NCBI GenBank assembly: GCA_038831915.1
Contig: JAWBKB010000002.1
Location: forward strand, 32,001-96,000
DNA length: 64,000 nucleotides
Direction: 5' to 3'
DNA from: Candidatus Caldarchaeum sp.
GTDB lineage: Archaea; Thermoproteota; Nitrososphaeria_A; Caldarchaeales; Caldarchaeaceae
Positions 37,910 to 46,420 of the stretch are shown piece by piece. Position 1 is the first letter of the stretch; each line of letters begins with the position of its first letter. The position numbers and the translations under genes were made by a program. The notes beneath the pieces were generated by a model. It ran no database searches. It was not told the origin of the DNA and was given only the letters and a program-made list of their open reading frames with translations.

Positions 37910-38032
37910 TTAAGCCGTTCCCGCTGGAGCTCCTTCTGGAGGCGTTGGTTGGGCTGGTTTCTTTGCTTTCTTAGCTTTTTTCGCTGGCTTTTTCTTAGCA
38001 GCCTTCTTGGCTGTTTTTTTCTTCGTCACCAT
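37910..38032 (-). CDS. 40-aa Lys/Ala/Pro-rich histone-H1-like peptide
   Basis: Manual translation MVTKKKTAKKAAKKKPAKKAKKAKKPAQPTPPEGAPAGTA*; fills the intergenic gap; mixed synonymous codons; TATA-like element upstream. Confidence 0.7.
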   Translation of the reverse strand: MVTKKKTAKKAAKKKPAKKAKKAKKPAQPTPPEGAPAGTA

Positions 38033-38141
38033 TTTTCGCTCTCATCATATTGACGACGTAGGAGCATAAAAAATTTTCTGAAAAAATTGTGGAAAACCCT
38101 TGTGCATAACTATTTTTAGAGCGCTGACGGAAGTTTCGGCC

Positions 38142-38465
38142 ATGATATCGATTAACGAATTCAAACGTGTGGAAATGAAGGTCGGTAGAGTGGTTCACGC
38201 CGAGAAGGTGAAGGGGTCGGACAAGCTGTTGAAGCTGAAGGTTTCTTTCGGCGATGTCGATAAGCAGGTATTGACCGGGCTGGCAAACCTGTATCCTCCC
38301 GAACATTTCATAGGTCGGCAATTCGTCTTTGTCACAAACCTCGAAAGCCGAAAAATCAGGGGAGAGGTCTCAGAAGCAATGCTATTAACGGCCGTGGAAA
38401 GCGACGAGGTAATTGTGCCGGTGACACCTGAAAAGACGGTCAAAGACGGAACTTTAATCTTGTAG
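38142..38465 (+). CDS. tRNA-binding OB-fold protein (Trbp111/CsaA/MetRS C-terminal-like)
   Basis: SDKLLKL, NLESRKIRGEVSEAMLL. Confidence 0.9.
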   Translation: MISINEFKRVEMKVGRVVHAEKVKGSDKLLKLKVSFGDVDKQVLTGLANLYPPEHFIGRQFVFVTNLESRKIRGEVSEAMLLTAVESDEVIVPVTPEKTVKDGTLIL

Positions 38466-38500
38466 CTCTATATACTAGGCTTTTTTAACCAGGTCTAGGG

Positions 38501-39790
38501 ATGCTTGTCCGAACAGTCGACGTCACCTCGGCAGCAGAAGGCGCCGAGGTTTCTTTGATGGGCTGGATTAGGTCCAAACGTCTTCATGGCAAGCTTTTAT
38601 TCATCGACCTTCGGGACGGCTGGGGAACAATTCAGGTTACTCTGAGGGCCTCGCAGTTGGCGGAACCAGCTTACAAAGCCGCAGTCGAGGCGGGCAAAGA
38701 ATCGGCTGTGATGCTAACGGGAAAAGTTGTCCACGACCCACGGGCCCCCAGCGGAGTTGAAATTCATGCGACTAGTTTTTCAGTAGTTTCGCCGTCTCTG
38801 GCAGAATTTCCTATTAAGAAAGGTGTTGGGCCAAGGTTCCTTAGCGATAATAGGCATCTCGCCATTCGAAGCCCTAAAGCGGCGGCGATATACCGTTTTC
38901 GTTCGAACCTCATTAAAAGCATTCGAAACTGGTTCGACTCCCATGGATTTGTCGAAGTTCATTGCCCAACATTCATCACGGCGGCGGTCGAAGGAGGGGC
39001 GACTCTTTTCAAGGTAGACTATTTTGGGAAAGAAGTATATCTTACGCAGAGCGTTCAATTTTATCAGGAGGCGGCTATTTATTCTTTGGGTAAGGTTTAC
39101 AGCGTTCAGCCAAGTTTTAGGGCGGAGCGGAGTAAAACCAGGCGGCATTTGACCGAATTCTGGCACGTCGAAGGCGAGCTGGCGTTCGCCGGTCTCGAAG
39201 ATTTGATGAAAACTGTGGAACAGCTGGTCGGCGAAGCCAGCATCGAAGCCATTAGAAATTCGCAGCGTGAACTCGGAGTTTTGGGTAAGGAGAGAAAGCT
39301 CGAACCCCTCGAGCCGCCTTATCAACGAATAAAGTACAGCGAGGCTCTTGACATTCTCGAGTCGAAAGGCGTTCATGTCGAATATGGGTCAGACTTGGGA
39401 GCTGATGAGGAAAAGGTGTTGACCAAGGAGTTTGAGAAACCGTTTTTCTTGACTCATTTTCCTAAAAAAGCCAAGGCTTTCTACCACATGCCTCACCCTT
39501 CAAACCCCGACCTGACGCTTTCTAGTGACCTGCTTGCGCCTGAAGGCTATGGGGAAATTGTCGGTGGCGGCCAGCGTATACATGACTACGACCTTTTGAT
39601 GGCCCGAATCGTCGAAGAAGGGTTGGAGCCAAGCCAGTACAGCTGGTATCTCGACCTACGTAAATATGGTAGTGTTCCCCACAGTGGGTTCGGGCTTGGA
39701 GTCGAGAGGTTGATTCAATGGCTTCTCGGACTGAAAAACATCCGGACAGCGGCCATGTTCCCAAGAACACCGACACGCGTCTACCCATGA
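38501..39790 (+). CDS. asnS: Asparagine--tRNA ligase
   Basis: AVEGGATLF, YLTQS, FRAERSKTRRHLTEFW, EIVGGGQR, PHSGFGLG. Confidence 0.92.
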   Translation: MLVRTVDVTSAAEGAEVSLMGWIRSKRLHGKLLFIDLRDGWGTIQVTLRASQLAEPAYKAAVEAGKESAVMLTGKVVHDPRAPSGVEIHATSFSVVSPSLAEFPIKKGVGPRFLSDNRHLAIRSPKAAAIYRFRSNLIKSIRNWFDSHGFVEVHCPTFITAAVEGGATLFKVDYFGKEVYLTQSVQFYQEAAIYSLGKVYSVQPSFRAERSKTRRHLTEFWHVEGELAFAGLEDLMKTVEQLVGEASIEAIRNSQRELGVLGKERKLEPLEPPYQRIKYSEALDILESKGVHVEYGSDLGADEEKVLTKEFEKPFFLTHFPKKAKAFYHMPHPSNPDLTLSSDLLAPEGYGEIVGGGQRIHDYDLLMARIVEEGLEPSQYSWYLDLRKYGSVPHSGFGLGVERLIQWLLGLKNIRTAAMFPRTPTRVYP

Positions 39791-40338
39791 ATCATCCGTA
39801 TACACCTCGTGAAGACACTTTCCTGCTTCTGGAATGCCTTGAAATGGTTCCGAAGGTTGACCTGGCCGCAGAAGTGGGATGCGGTCCGGGCTATGTGTTA
39901 AGACAGTTACTAGCCAGAAGCCGTGAATCCGTGGGCATTGACATCGATGTAACGGCTTTGAAAGCTGGGAAACAACATCTTGCCGAGGTATACGGCTCCG
40001 TTCACCTAGTCAACTCCTCGATTCTACCCTTCCGTCAAGACAGCTTCGACATGGTGGTTTCGAACCCACCGTACCTCCCCAGCGAAGAAACGCTCTATGA
40101 CCCGGCGGTTCACGGAGGGCCTACGGGCGTCGAAACATCCTTAGAAATAGTCAATCAAGCTTCACACACCCTCAAAAGCGATGGAATATTGCTGATTGTC
40201 GCGTCGTCGCTCAGTGACGTCGACCGTCTATTAACTCAAGCAATTCAAACAGGTTTTAAACAGTGGGAAAAAGCGCCTTATTTTAAGACCTTTTTCGAAA
40301 TTGTTTACTGCTTTATATTTTCGCTGAACCGCCAATAG
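39787..40338 (+). CDS. HemK2/PrmC-like protein glutamine methyltransferase
   Basis: YTPREDTFLL, EVGCGPG, NPPYLP. Confidence 0.88.
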   Translation: MNHPYTPREDTFLLLECLEMVPKVDLAAEVGCGPGYVLRQLLARSRESVGIDIDVTALKAGKQHLAEVYGSVHLVNSSILPFRQDSFDMVVSNPPYLPSEETLYDPAVHGGPTGVETSLEIVNQASHTLKSDGILLIVASSLSDVDRLLTQAIQTGFKQWEKAPYFKTFFEIVYCFIFSLNRQ

Positions 40339-40353
40339 AGCCGGCGGCATCGT

Positions 40354-42228
40354 TTGCCGAAATCCAGAGAAGTTGGCTACCGGAGAGAGGTCGGCTGGTT
40401 TGGTTCATTCGCCCTCGGATACGGCGACGTAGGCCCAAACATTTTCATCGCGTTGGGTGTCATCACATTTTTCGCGGGAGGAGCCGCCCCCATCGCGTTT
40501 GCTTTAGCGGCTTTTCTCTACGCCATTATCGGGCTGATATACGCTGAACTCGCGCCGACATATCCATACGCTGGCGGCGTTCAGGTCTATGCGGTCAAAG
40601 CCTACAACAGCTTTGTAGGATTCGTCGCAGGATGGGCTATGCTTCTCGCCTACATCCTCTGCATATCGCTTTTCGCCGTTGCCGCCGCCGGATATCTTCG
40701 CCAACTTTTTCCCGTTCTGATTTTCCCCGACCTGGAGTTCTTCGGGCTGACGGGCTCGTCGCTGGGGCTTCTAGCGGGTCTTCTCGCTAGCCTGCTTGTT
40801 TTCCTCAACATCGTTGGGATTAAATATTCTTCTTTCATGGTTTCTGCTCTTGTCTTCGTTGGTTTGTTCATCGAAGCCGTCACGTTATCCGCAGGGTTTC
40901 TGCTAAAATTTGACCCCGATTTGTTTCTCCAGCAAATCACCGTCTTCGGCAGCGATGTCGTGCACAGAGACGTTGCGTACGCACCGTTCTTCACAACCCA
41001 AATCAACAACTTTCTCTACGCCATAACTTTGGCGATGGCCTCGTTTGTAGGCATAGAATCAATAGCACAGGCCGCTGAAGAGACCCGGAGGCCTCACTTC
41101 TCCCTGCCGAAAGCCGCAAAACTCGTGGTCGCGGTCGTAGCGTTTTCAGCCATCGCTTTCCCGGTCCTATCAATCGGTTCGATGAAATGGCAAGACCTCG
41201 CAGCCGCCTATGAAAACCCTGTCTACACACTGGTGAGCACGTATCCCTACGTGTCCGAAATTTTGATGCCCATGGTCGGCGTCGCCGCTTTCATCCTTTG
41301 CTATTCTTCGTCAAACACAGGGTTGGTGGGGGTTTCAAGGCTTACCGCGAGCATGGCAAGGTTCCGGCTCCTGCCCTCTTGGATACGCGTGATTCATCCA
41401 AAATTCAGGACACCCGTACGTGCTATCATTTTCTTCGGGCTGTTAGGTGTGCTACTTTCGTTTCTCGGCGATATCCCGTTTCTCGCAAGTGTATACGCTT
41501 TCGCGGCCGTCATCAGCTATGTCATCCTGTTGGCAACATTTTTCAGGCTCAAGAAGCTCGAGGAAAAAGTATATACTCCGTGGAAAATGCCTTTCACGGT
41601 CAAAATCGGGACACGCGAAATTCCGCTACCCGCCGTCGTTGGCTTGATAGGGCTGTCGGCTGTGCTGTTTCTCATGGGCCTTTTCCACGCTTCGGGAAGA
41701 ATTGCCATCATCCTGTGGATGGCTTTCGGAATATTGTTCTATGTTGCTTATAGGAGGTCAGCTGGATGCGAGCTGCTAAGCACCGACGAAGCCGCCCTCA
41801 TCGAGCCGCTCAGCTACCGGATGAAAGTCGGAGTATTGGTCAGGCCTTATGAAAACATGGAAACCGCCTACAAATCGATCACTCACGCTTTCGACAGACG
41901 TTTTGACATCAGCCTGGTAAGCATAGTTGAACCACATACAAACATGGGTGGAGACCTTTCCATAATCAAGGCCGAAGTCAGCAAAGACCTCCACACGCTT
42001 TGCAAAACCTTGAGAAAAGAGAAATATGTAGCCGATCACGTGGTTGAAATCGGTGATTTCGAGAAGAAGGTTTCGCAGATGCTGGATCAAGGAAGGTTCG
42101 ACCTCGTCGCTTATATTCAAAGGCGGGCTGAAAAATCGACCTTTGAGAAGGGGCATGAAAAGAACATACACAACCTTTTAACCAGGTATCCGGGACGTGT
42201 GTTGTCGTTGAAGAGGGTTGGTGAATGA
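40354..42228 (+). CDS. APC-family amino acid permease with soluble C-terminal (USP-like) domain
   Basis: YAEL..YPYAGG, FVGIESIAQAAEE, HPKFRTP; about 12 TM segments plus about 140-aa soluble tail. Confidence 0.88.
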   Translation: MPKSREVGYRREVGWFGSFALGYGDVGPNIFIALGVITFFAGGAAPIAFALAAFLYAIIGLIYAELAPTYPYAGGVQVYAVKAYNSFVGFVAGWAMLLAYILCISLFAVAAAGYLRQLFPVLIFPDLEFFGLTGSSLGLLAGLLASLLVFLNIVGIKYSSFMVSALVFVGLFIEAVTLSAGFLLKFDPDLFLQQITVFGSDVVHRDVAYAPFFTTQINNFLYAITLAMASFVGIESIAQAAEETRRPHFSLPKAAKLVVAVVAFSAIAFPVLSIGSMKWQDLAAAYENPVYTLVSTYPYVSEILMPMVGVAAFILCYSSSNTGLVGVSRLTASMARFRLLPSWIRVIHPKFRTPVRAIIFFGLLGVLLSFLGDIPFLASVYAFAAVISYVILLATFFRLKKLEEKVYTPWKMPFTVKIGTREIPLPAVVGLIGLSAVLFLMGLFHASGRIAIILWMAFGILFYVAYRRSAGCELLSTDEAALIEPLSYRMKVGVLVRPYENMETAYKSITHAFDRRFDISLVSIVEPHTNMGGDLSIIKAEVSKDLHTLCKTLRKEKYVADHVVEIGDFEKKVSQMLDQGRFDLVAYIQRRAEKSTFEKGHEKNIHNLLTRYPGRVLSLKRVGE

Positions 42229-42500
42229 CAGCTCCAGCGGTGAGGGCGATAATTCACATTTTCGCGGAAAGCAACAGCATCGAAAAAGTGGCGAAGCAAG
42301 TCAGCAAACTCCCTGAAGTTGTCGACGTCTACGAGGTGACCGGAGAATTCGACCTAATTCTGTTTGTTAACACAAAGGACATAAACGCCTTCAGAGATTT
42401 TTTGAAAAATAAAATTTTGACCGTGGAGGGAATAAAAAGCACTGTGACGAGTATAGTCTTGTACACTCACAAAAAAGAGGGAGAGGAGACAGGAGAGTAG
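42225..42500 (+). CDS. Stand-alone Lrp/AsnC ligand-binding (RAM) domain protein
   Basis: VYEVTGEFDL, EGIKSTVT; no HTH. Confidence 0.9.
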   Translation: MTAPAVRAIIHIFAESNSIEKVAKQVSKLPEVVDVYEVTGEFDLILFVNTKDINAFRDFLKNKILTVEGIKSTVTSIVLYTHKKEGEETGE

Positions 42501-42611
42501 CTAAAACTCCTCTTCTTCCTCCCACTCTTCTTCTTCGAAATCTTCTTCCTCCCATTCTTCCTCGAATTCTTCCTCTTCTTCCTCAGCCCAGTAAACTCTT
42601 TCGCCCAACAT
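42501..42611 (-). CDS. 36-aa Glu-rich acidic peptide
   Basis: Manual translation MLGERVYWAEEEEEEFEEEWEEEDFEEEEWEEEEEF*; BRE/TATA-like CGAAAAACCTTAAAG at 42660-42646 and GTGA just upstream of the ATG. Confidence 0.65.
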   Translation of the reverse strand: MLGERVYWAEEEEEEFEEEWEEEDFEEEEWEEEEEF

Positions 42612-42702
42612 TTTGGTCACGCGGCGAATAGACACGGCGGCTTTGCTTTAAGGTTTTTCGGTCTCCTGATAAGCATATTAGGAGATTAACACATAGTAAA
42701 GC

Positions 42703-42761
42703 GGGGGATGAGGCCGCTGCCCCAGACTGAAACATGATGCAGGAAGAGCCGAGCCGACCCC
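42703..42761 (+). ncRNA. Box C/D guide sRNA (predicted 23S rRNA targets)
   Basis: GGAUGA (C) - guide - CUGA (D') - AUGAUG (C') - guide - CCGA (D), terminal GGGG/CCCC. Guides complement conserved 23S CUGGGGCGGC and UCGGCUCUUCC. TATA-like ATATTA about 25 nt upstream. Confidence 0.78.
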
Positions 42762-42831
42762 TAAAAATCCTCTCACACATGGGGTTTGCACGCCGTCCGG
42801 AAAGGTGCGAAGCTTTTTCGGCGATGTGTTG

Positions 42832-43119
42832 TTAAGAAATCCTGAAGTTCTCCTCAAGAAACTTGTAGGTAGAATCGTCGCATACTAGCCGGAATGTTGG
42901 AACACCTTCGATCTTAATCTTCCCATCTATAACTAGGGTGGGAACAGCTCTTATCCTGTATCTTTTAACAAGGTCCTCTACTTTAGGAAAATCTTTCGAC
43001 AAGTCAAACACCTCTAGCTTGCAACCGGCGCATTTTCCCACCTCAACGATGTTGGCCATCTGCCTGCAGAGCGGGCATCCTCCGACGAAGAGCTGCAGGG
43101 AGTGGTGCATAAGCCCCAC
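42832..43119 (-). CDS. Thioredoxin/glutaredoxin-like protein
   Basis: CPLC, second CAGC, cis-Pro motif AVPTLVIDG. Confidence 0.85.
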   Translation of the reverse strand: MGLMHHSLQLFVGGCPLCRQMANIVEVGKCAGCKLEVFDLSKDFPKVEDLVKRYRIRAVPTLVIDGKIKIEGVPTFRLVCDDSTYKFLEENFRIS

Positions 43120-43151
43120 AGACCGGCAGCCTTTTTAAAACCTTTACCTGT

Positions 43152-44393
43152 CTACAGGGTCGGCGGGTAATGGACCCAAACCTTCGAGCCTTCTGTAATT
43201 TCTTTAACGCCTGGCATTCCTATTATGAAGCCGTCGGATCGGGAAGGTATGCTCATTCCGCTCGACTCTCCGTAGTTGGGAACGCAGAAAACCTTGTCAT
43301 CCCTCTCCTTCACTGAAACCCATACAACTTTTACGAAATCATGATATTTTCTGAAACGCACCGTCTCCGTCAACTCGGCCTTTAGTCTGTGATGGTAGAA
43401 AAGCGGCTGCTGATGAAGTAATCTGCGGATGGCAGGGTAGGCTAAAAACATGAAGACGTTGAGGGTCGACATAATTAAGCCCGGCAGAAGTATCAGAGGC
43501 TTTTCGCCGATGAAGCCGAAACCGCCGACTCGTCCCGGCTGAAGTTTAAGGCCGTGAACAAAAGCACCGGTCGACTGTTTCGACGTGAAGATGGACGAAA
43601 CATCTTTTTCACTTATTGATGACCCTGCGATAGATAAGAACATGTGAACCTGATTGTAGTGGTTCTGCACCGTCTCCTGTAGAGCTATTGGGTCGTCGCG
43701 AATAATGCCGAGGAAAATGAATTGTCCGCCACATGATTGGACGAGTTTTTTGACGAGATGAGTGTGGGTGTTCAGAACTTTTCCTCTACGTGTTTCCCCG
43801 AAGTCGTCCGTCAGCTCGTCCCCAACAGCTAATACACCAACCCGTGGCTTCACGAAGACCTCGATGCTCCCGACTCCCATAGATGCGAGAAGTACGGCAT
43901 CGGCCATTTTGAGCCTATGACCCTCTTCAAACAACGTTTGCCCGCGTTTGACGTCAAATCCCTTCAAGTCGACGTATTGGTAAGGTGTAACAGGAGAAGT
44001 GAAAATAACTTGGTCTCCTTCGACCGTGACTTCCTCTTGTGGAACTACTGCGTCAGCTCCTTCTGGTAGGTAGGCCCCTGTCAAAATCCTCGCCGTGGTA
44101 CCCGGTGTGAGACGTAGATAGGGAGGCTGGCCGGGCGTACATGTCGCAATATTTTTGAGTGAAATTGGGCTGTGTAGCGAAGCAGTTTGTAGGTCTGCGC
44201 TTCGAACAGCAAATCCATCCATGTGGGATGAATCATACGGTGGCAGGTCTGTCGGCGCGATGAAAGGTTCACACAGCACCCTTTCCGCAGATTCAAAAAC
44301 GTGAACTCTTTCTTTTTCCACCAACGGCTTGATGTTTGAGACCAACAGTTTTTGAGCTTCCCAGATGTCGAAAAATTGATTTATCCGCCGCAA
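43152..44393 (-). CDS. moeA: Molybdopterin molybdotransferase MoeA
   Basis: PPYDSSHMDGFAV, TGAYLPEGADAVV, GDEL, LPG. Confidence 0.92.
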   Translation of the reverse strand: MRRINQFFDIWEAQKLLVSNIKPLVEKERVHVFESAERVLCEPFIAPTDLPPYDSSHMDGFAVRSADLQTASLHSPISLKNIATCTPGQPPYLRLTPGTTARILTGAYLPEGADAVVPQEEVTVEGDQVIFTSPVTPYQYVDLKGFDVKRGQTLFEEGHRLKMADAVLLASMGVGSIEVFVKPRVGVLAVGDELTDDFGETRRGKVLNTHTHLVKKLVQSCGGQFIFLGIIRDDPIALQETVQNHYNQVHMFLSIAGSSISEKDVSSIFTSKQSTGAFVHGLKLQPGRVGGFGFIGEKPLILLPGLIMSTLNVFMFLAYPAIRRLLHQQPLFYHHRLKAELTETVRFRKYHDFVKVVWVSVKERDDKVFCVPNYGESSGMSIPSRSDGFIIGMPGVKEITEGSKVWVHYPPTL

Positions 44394-44446
44394 CCCGTTT
44401 TGAGAACGATTAGCTTATATTTTAGCGAGACTGTTTCAACAACAGA

Positions 44447-45298
44447 TTGGACAAGTTAACTTTCTACACAAAAGTAGCTGAACTCATCGCACAGCAGAAA
44501 AAATTCTGCATAGCCACCGTAGTTAAGACCGTCGGACATACTTCGGGAAAAATTGGCTCGAAAGCCATAATCCTTGAAGACGGTAAAGGTCTTTTTGGAT
44601 GGGTTGGCGGAGGATGTGTAGAAACAACCGTTTTACACGAAGCGCTCAAAACAATAAAAGAGGGAAGGAGCCGTACAATTTACCTCGAGATGGAAGATGA
44701 GTTACGTGGGACGGGTGTCCCATGCGGCGGCTCGATGGAAGTTCACCTTGAACCGGTTTTGCCAAAGAAAAAACTCGTCCTCGTAGGTCATGGTGGAATA
44801 GTTGAAAACCTCGCAAAAATTGGCAAAATTCTCGACTACAAAGTAATAGTGGCCGACCCAGACGGCATGTTCAAAGACCCATCATCGGTCGACCAATATG
44901 TCACAGACCCTGACTTGGAGGGGGTGGAAATCGACTCGAACACGGCCGTCATCGTCTCGACGATGCATAAATTGGACCACAAATACCTCAAAATCGCTTT
45001 AGATAAAGGAGCGAAATACATAGGTTTGATTGCGAGCGCCAAACGTTCAGGCATTGTTTTTGAAACTCTTTTGAGGATAGGTGTGCCCGAAGAGCAGGTT
45101 AGGCTAATCTCTTCTCCCGCGGGACTTGACATAGGAGCTGAAAAACCGGAGGAAATCGCGCTGAGCATCTTCGCCGAAATAATCAGCTTTGAAAAAGGCG
45201 GAACCGGGAAACGTCTAGCAGAGGTGAAGGCTTCACAGAAAGATTTGCGTGAAATCGTTTCGGAGGCTACTGGCGAACGAGTCGGGCCGGTCTGCTGA
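44447..45298 (+). CDS. XdhC/CoxI Mo-cofactor chaperone
   Basis: GWVGGGCVE, CGGSM, YIGLIAS, PAGLDIGAEKPEEIALSI. Confidence 0.92.
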   Translation: MDKLTFYTKVAELIAQQKKFCIATVVKTVGHTSGKIGSKAIILEDGKGLFGWVGGGCVETTVLHEALKTIKEGRSRTIYLEMEDELRGTGVPCGGSMEVHLEPVLPKKKLVLVGHGGIVENLAKIGKILDYKVIVADPDGMFKDPSSVDQYVTDPDLEGVEIDSNTAVIVSTMHKLDHKYLKIALDKGAKYIGLIASAKRSGIVFETLLRIGVPEEQVRLISSPAGLDIGAEKPEEIALSIFAEIISFEKGGTGKRLAEVKASQKDLREIVSEATGERVGPVC

Positions 45299-46418
45299 CA
45301 GGTCTCTTGGCCATAGGTTCGAGCGCAGAACCAAAGTAGGTTTTAAATGCATTAAGGCTCCGGAGTGCACTCATTCCAGCTAACACATCAATGTAAGGCA
45401 TGGCTGTTTCCATTCCAATGGTTCTCGGCTTGAACCCGGGCTTGTCGGCGTGAGGATTAATCCAAACAATTCTACCAACCATAGCTTTCAAATTCTTCAT
45501 CGACTTGTCGAGGACTTCTGGCTCACCTGTGTCCCATCCATCACTAACTATGAGTGCGACCGTTCCCTTCCCGACCAATCCACGATGTTTCTCTATGAAT
45601 GATGCAAGACAACTTCCAATCCTGGTTCCGCTTCCCCAAATGTTCACTTCGCGGGAAATCAGCTCCGCGGCTTTTTTCGGCCCGAAATACTTCAAGAGCG
45701 AACTCACTTTCATGAGTTTGGTGCTGAATACGAATACTTCTACTGCTACACCTTGTCTTGCCAGAGCATACATCGACTGCATTAAAAACTCAGTGTAAGT
45801 ATCCATGGACCCGCTGACGTCAAATATCGCCACGAGCTTGCATCGCGTTACTTTTCGTTTCTTCCGAAGAACTTTTAGAAATTCGCCATGTGTTCGAAGA
45901 CTTTGACGAATCGTTTCGCCAAAATCGACAGCGCCCTTGCTACTTCTTTCGAAACGGCGGCCTGGGAGGAGAGCCATTCTCCGCCGAAACCTTTTCATGA
46001 TTCGTTTGCTTTCACGGAGAAAAGCTAGCGTCGGCGTGGGAAATTCTCTTCTCATTAGCACTTCGACAGGACTATAGTAAACAGTGGTTTGTTTCTGACT
46101 ATCGGTGTTCGTCTCGCGGCTATAGCTCTTGCTGACTGTAGATGCCTTCTCTTGCCCCTCTTTCTTCTCATCTTCACGCTCCATCGGCTGCCTTTGTCTT
46201 AATAGTTCATCGAAAATTCTGTCGAAAATTTCATAGTCTTCAAGCCGCTTGATCATACAGATCCTGAGAACCTGTTTCAGATGTTCTACTGATTTGATGG
46301 TTGTTAGCCCGACAGCTCTATAAGCGTCGATGTTCTCTGAGGTTCCACACTTAACCCCATGTAATCGCAGCCTTCGTGAAATCTCTGTAACCAAAAACAG
46401 CATATGTGTCGTTGACAT
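45267..46418 (-). CDS. coxE: CoxE-like VWA protein
   Basis: DVSGSM, FSTKL, WGSGTRIG, SDGWD, WINP. Confidence 0.9.
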   Translation of the reverse strand: MSTTHMLFLVTEISRRLRLHGVKCGTSENIDAYRAVGLTTIKSVEHLKQVLRICMIKRLEDYEIFDRIFDELLRQRQPMEREDEKKEGQEKASTVSKSYSRETNTDSQKQTTVYYSPVEVLMRREFPTPTLAFLRESKRIMKRFRRRMALLPGRRFERSSKGAVDFGETIRQSLRTHGEFLKVLRKKRKVTRCKLVAIFDVSGSMDTYTEFLMQSMYALARQGVAVEVFVFSTKLMKVSSLLKYFGPKKAAELISREVNIWGSGTRIGSCLASFIEKHRGLVGKGTVALIVSDGWDTGEPEVLDKSMKNLKAMVGRIVWINPHADKPGFKPRTIGMETAMPYIDVLAGMSALRSLNAFKTYFGSALEPMAKRPVSRPARLVRQ

Positions 46419-46420
46419 TT

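Noticed and set aside
42501-42585. CTCTTCTTC-type repeats as CRISPR or terminator
   Set aside because: No repeat-spacer structure; strict triplet periodicity fits the minus-strand acidic ORF, though the pyrimidine tract may also aid termination of the plus-strand operon.
42775-42829. SECIS for the upstream thioredoxin-like gene
   Set aside because: The gene has no in-frame TGA and the hairpin lacks a convincing archaeal SECIS core.
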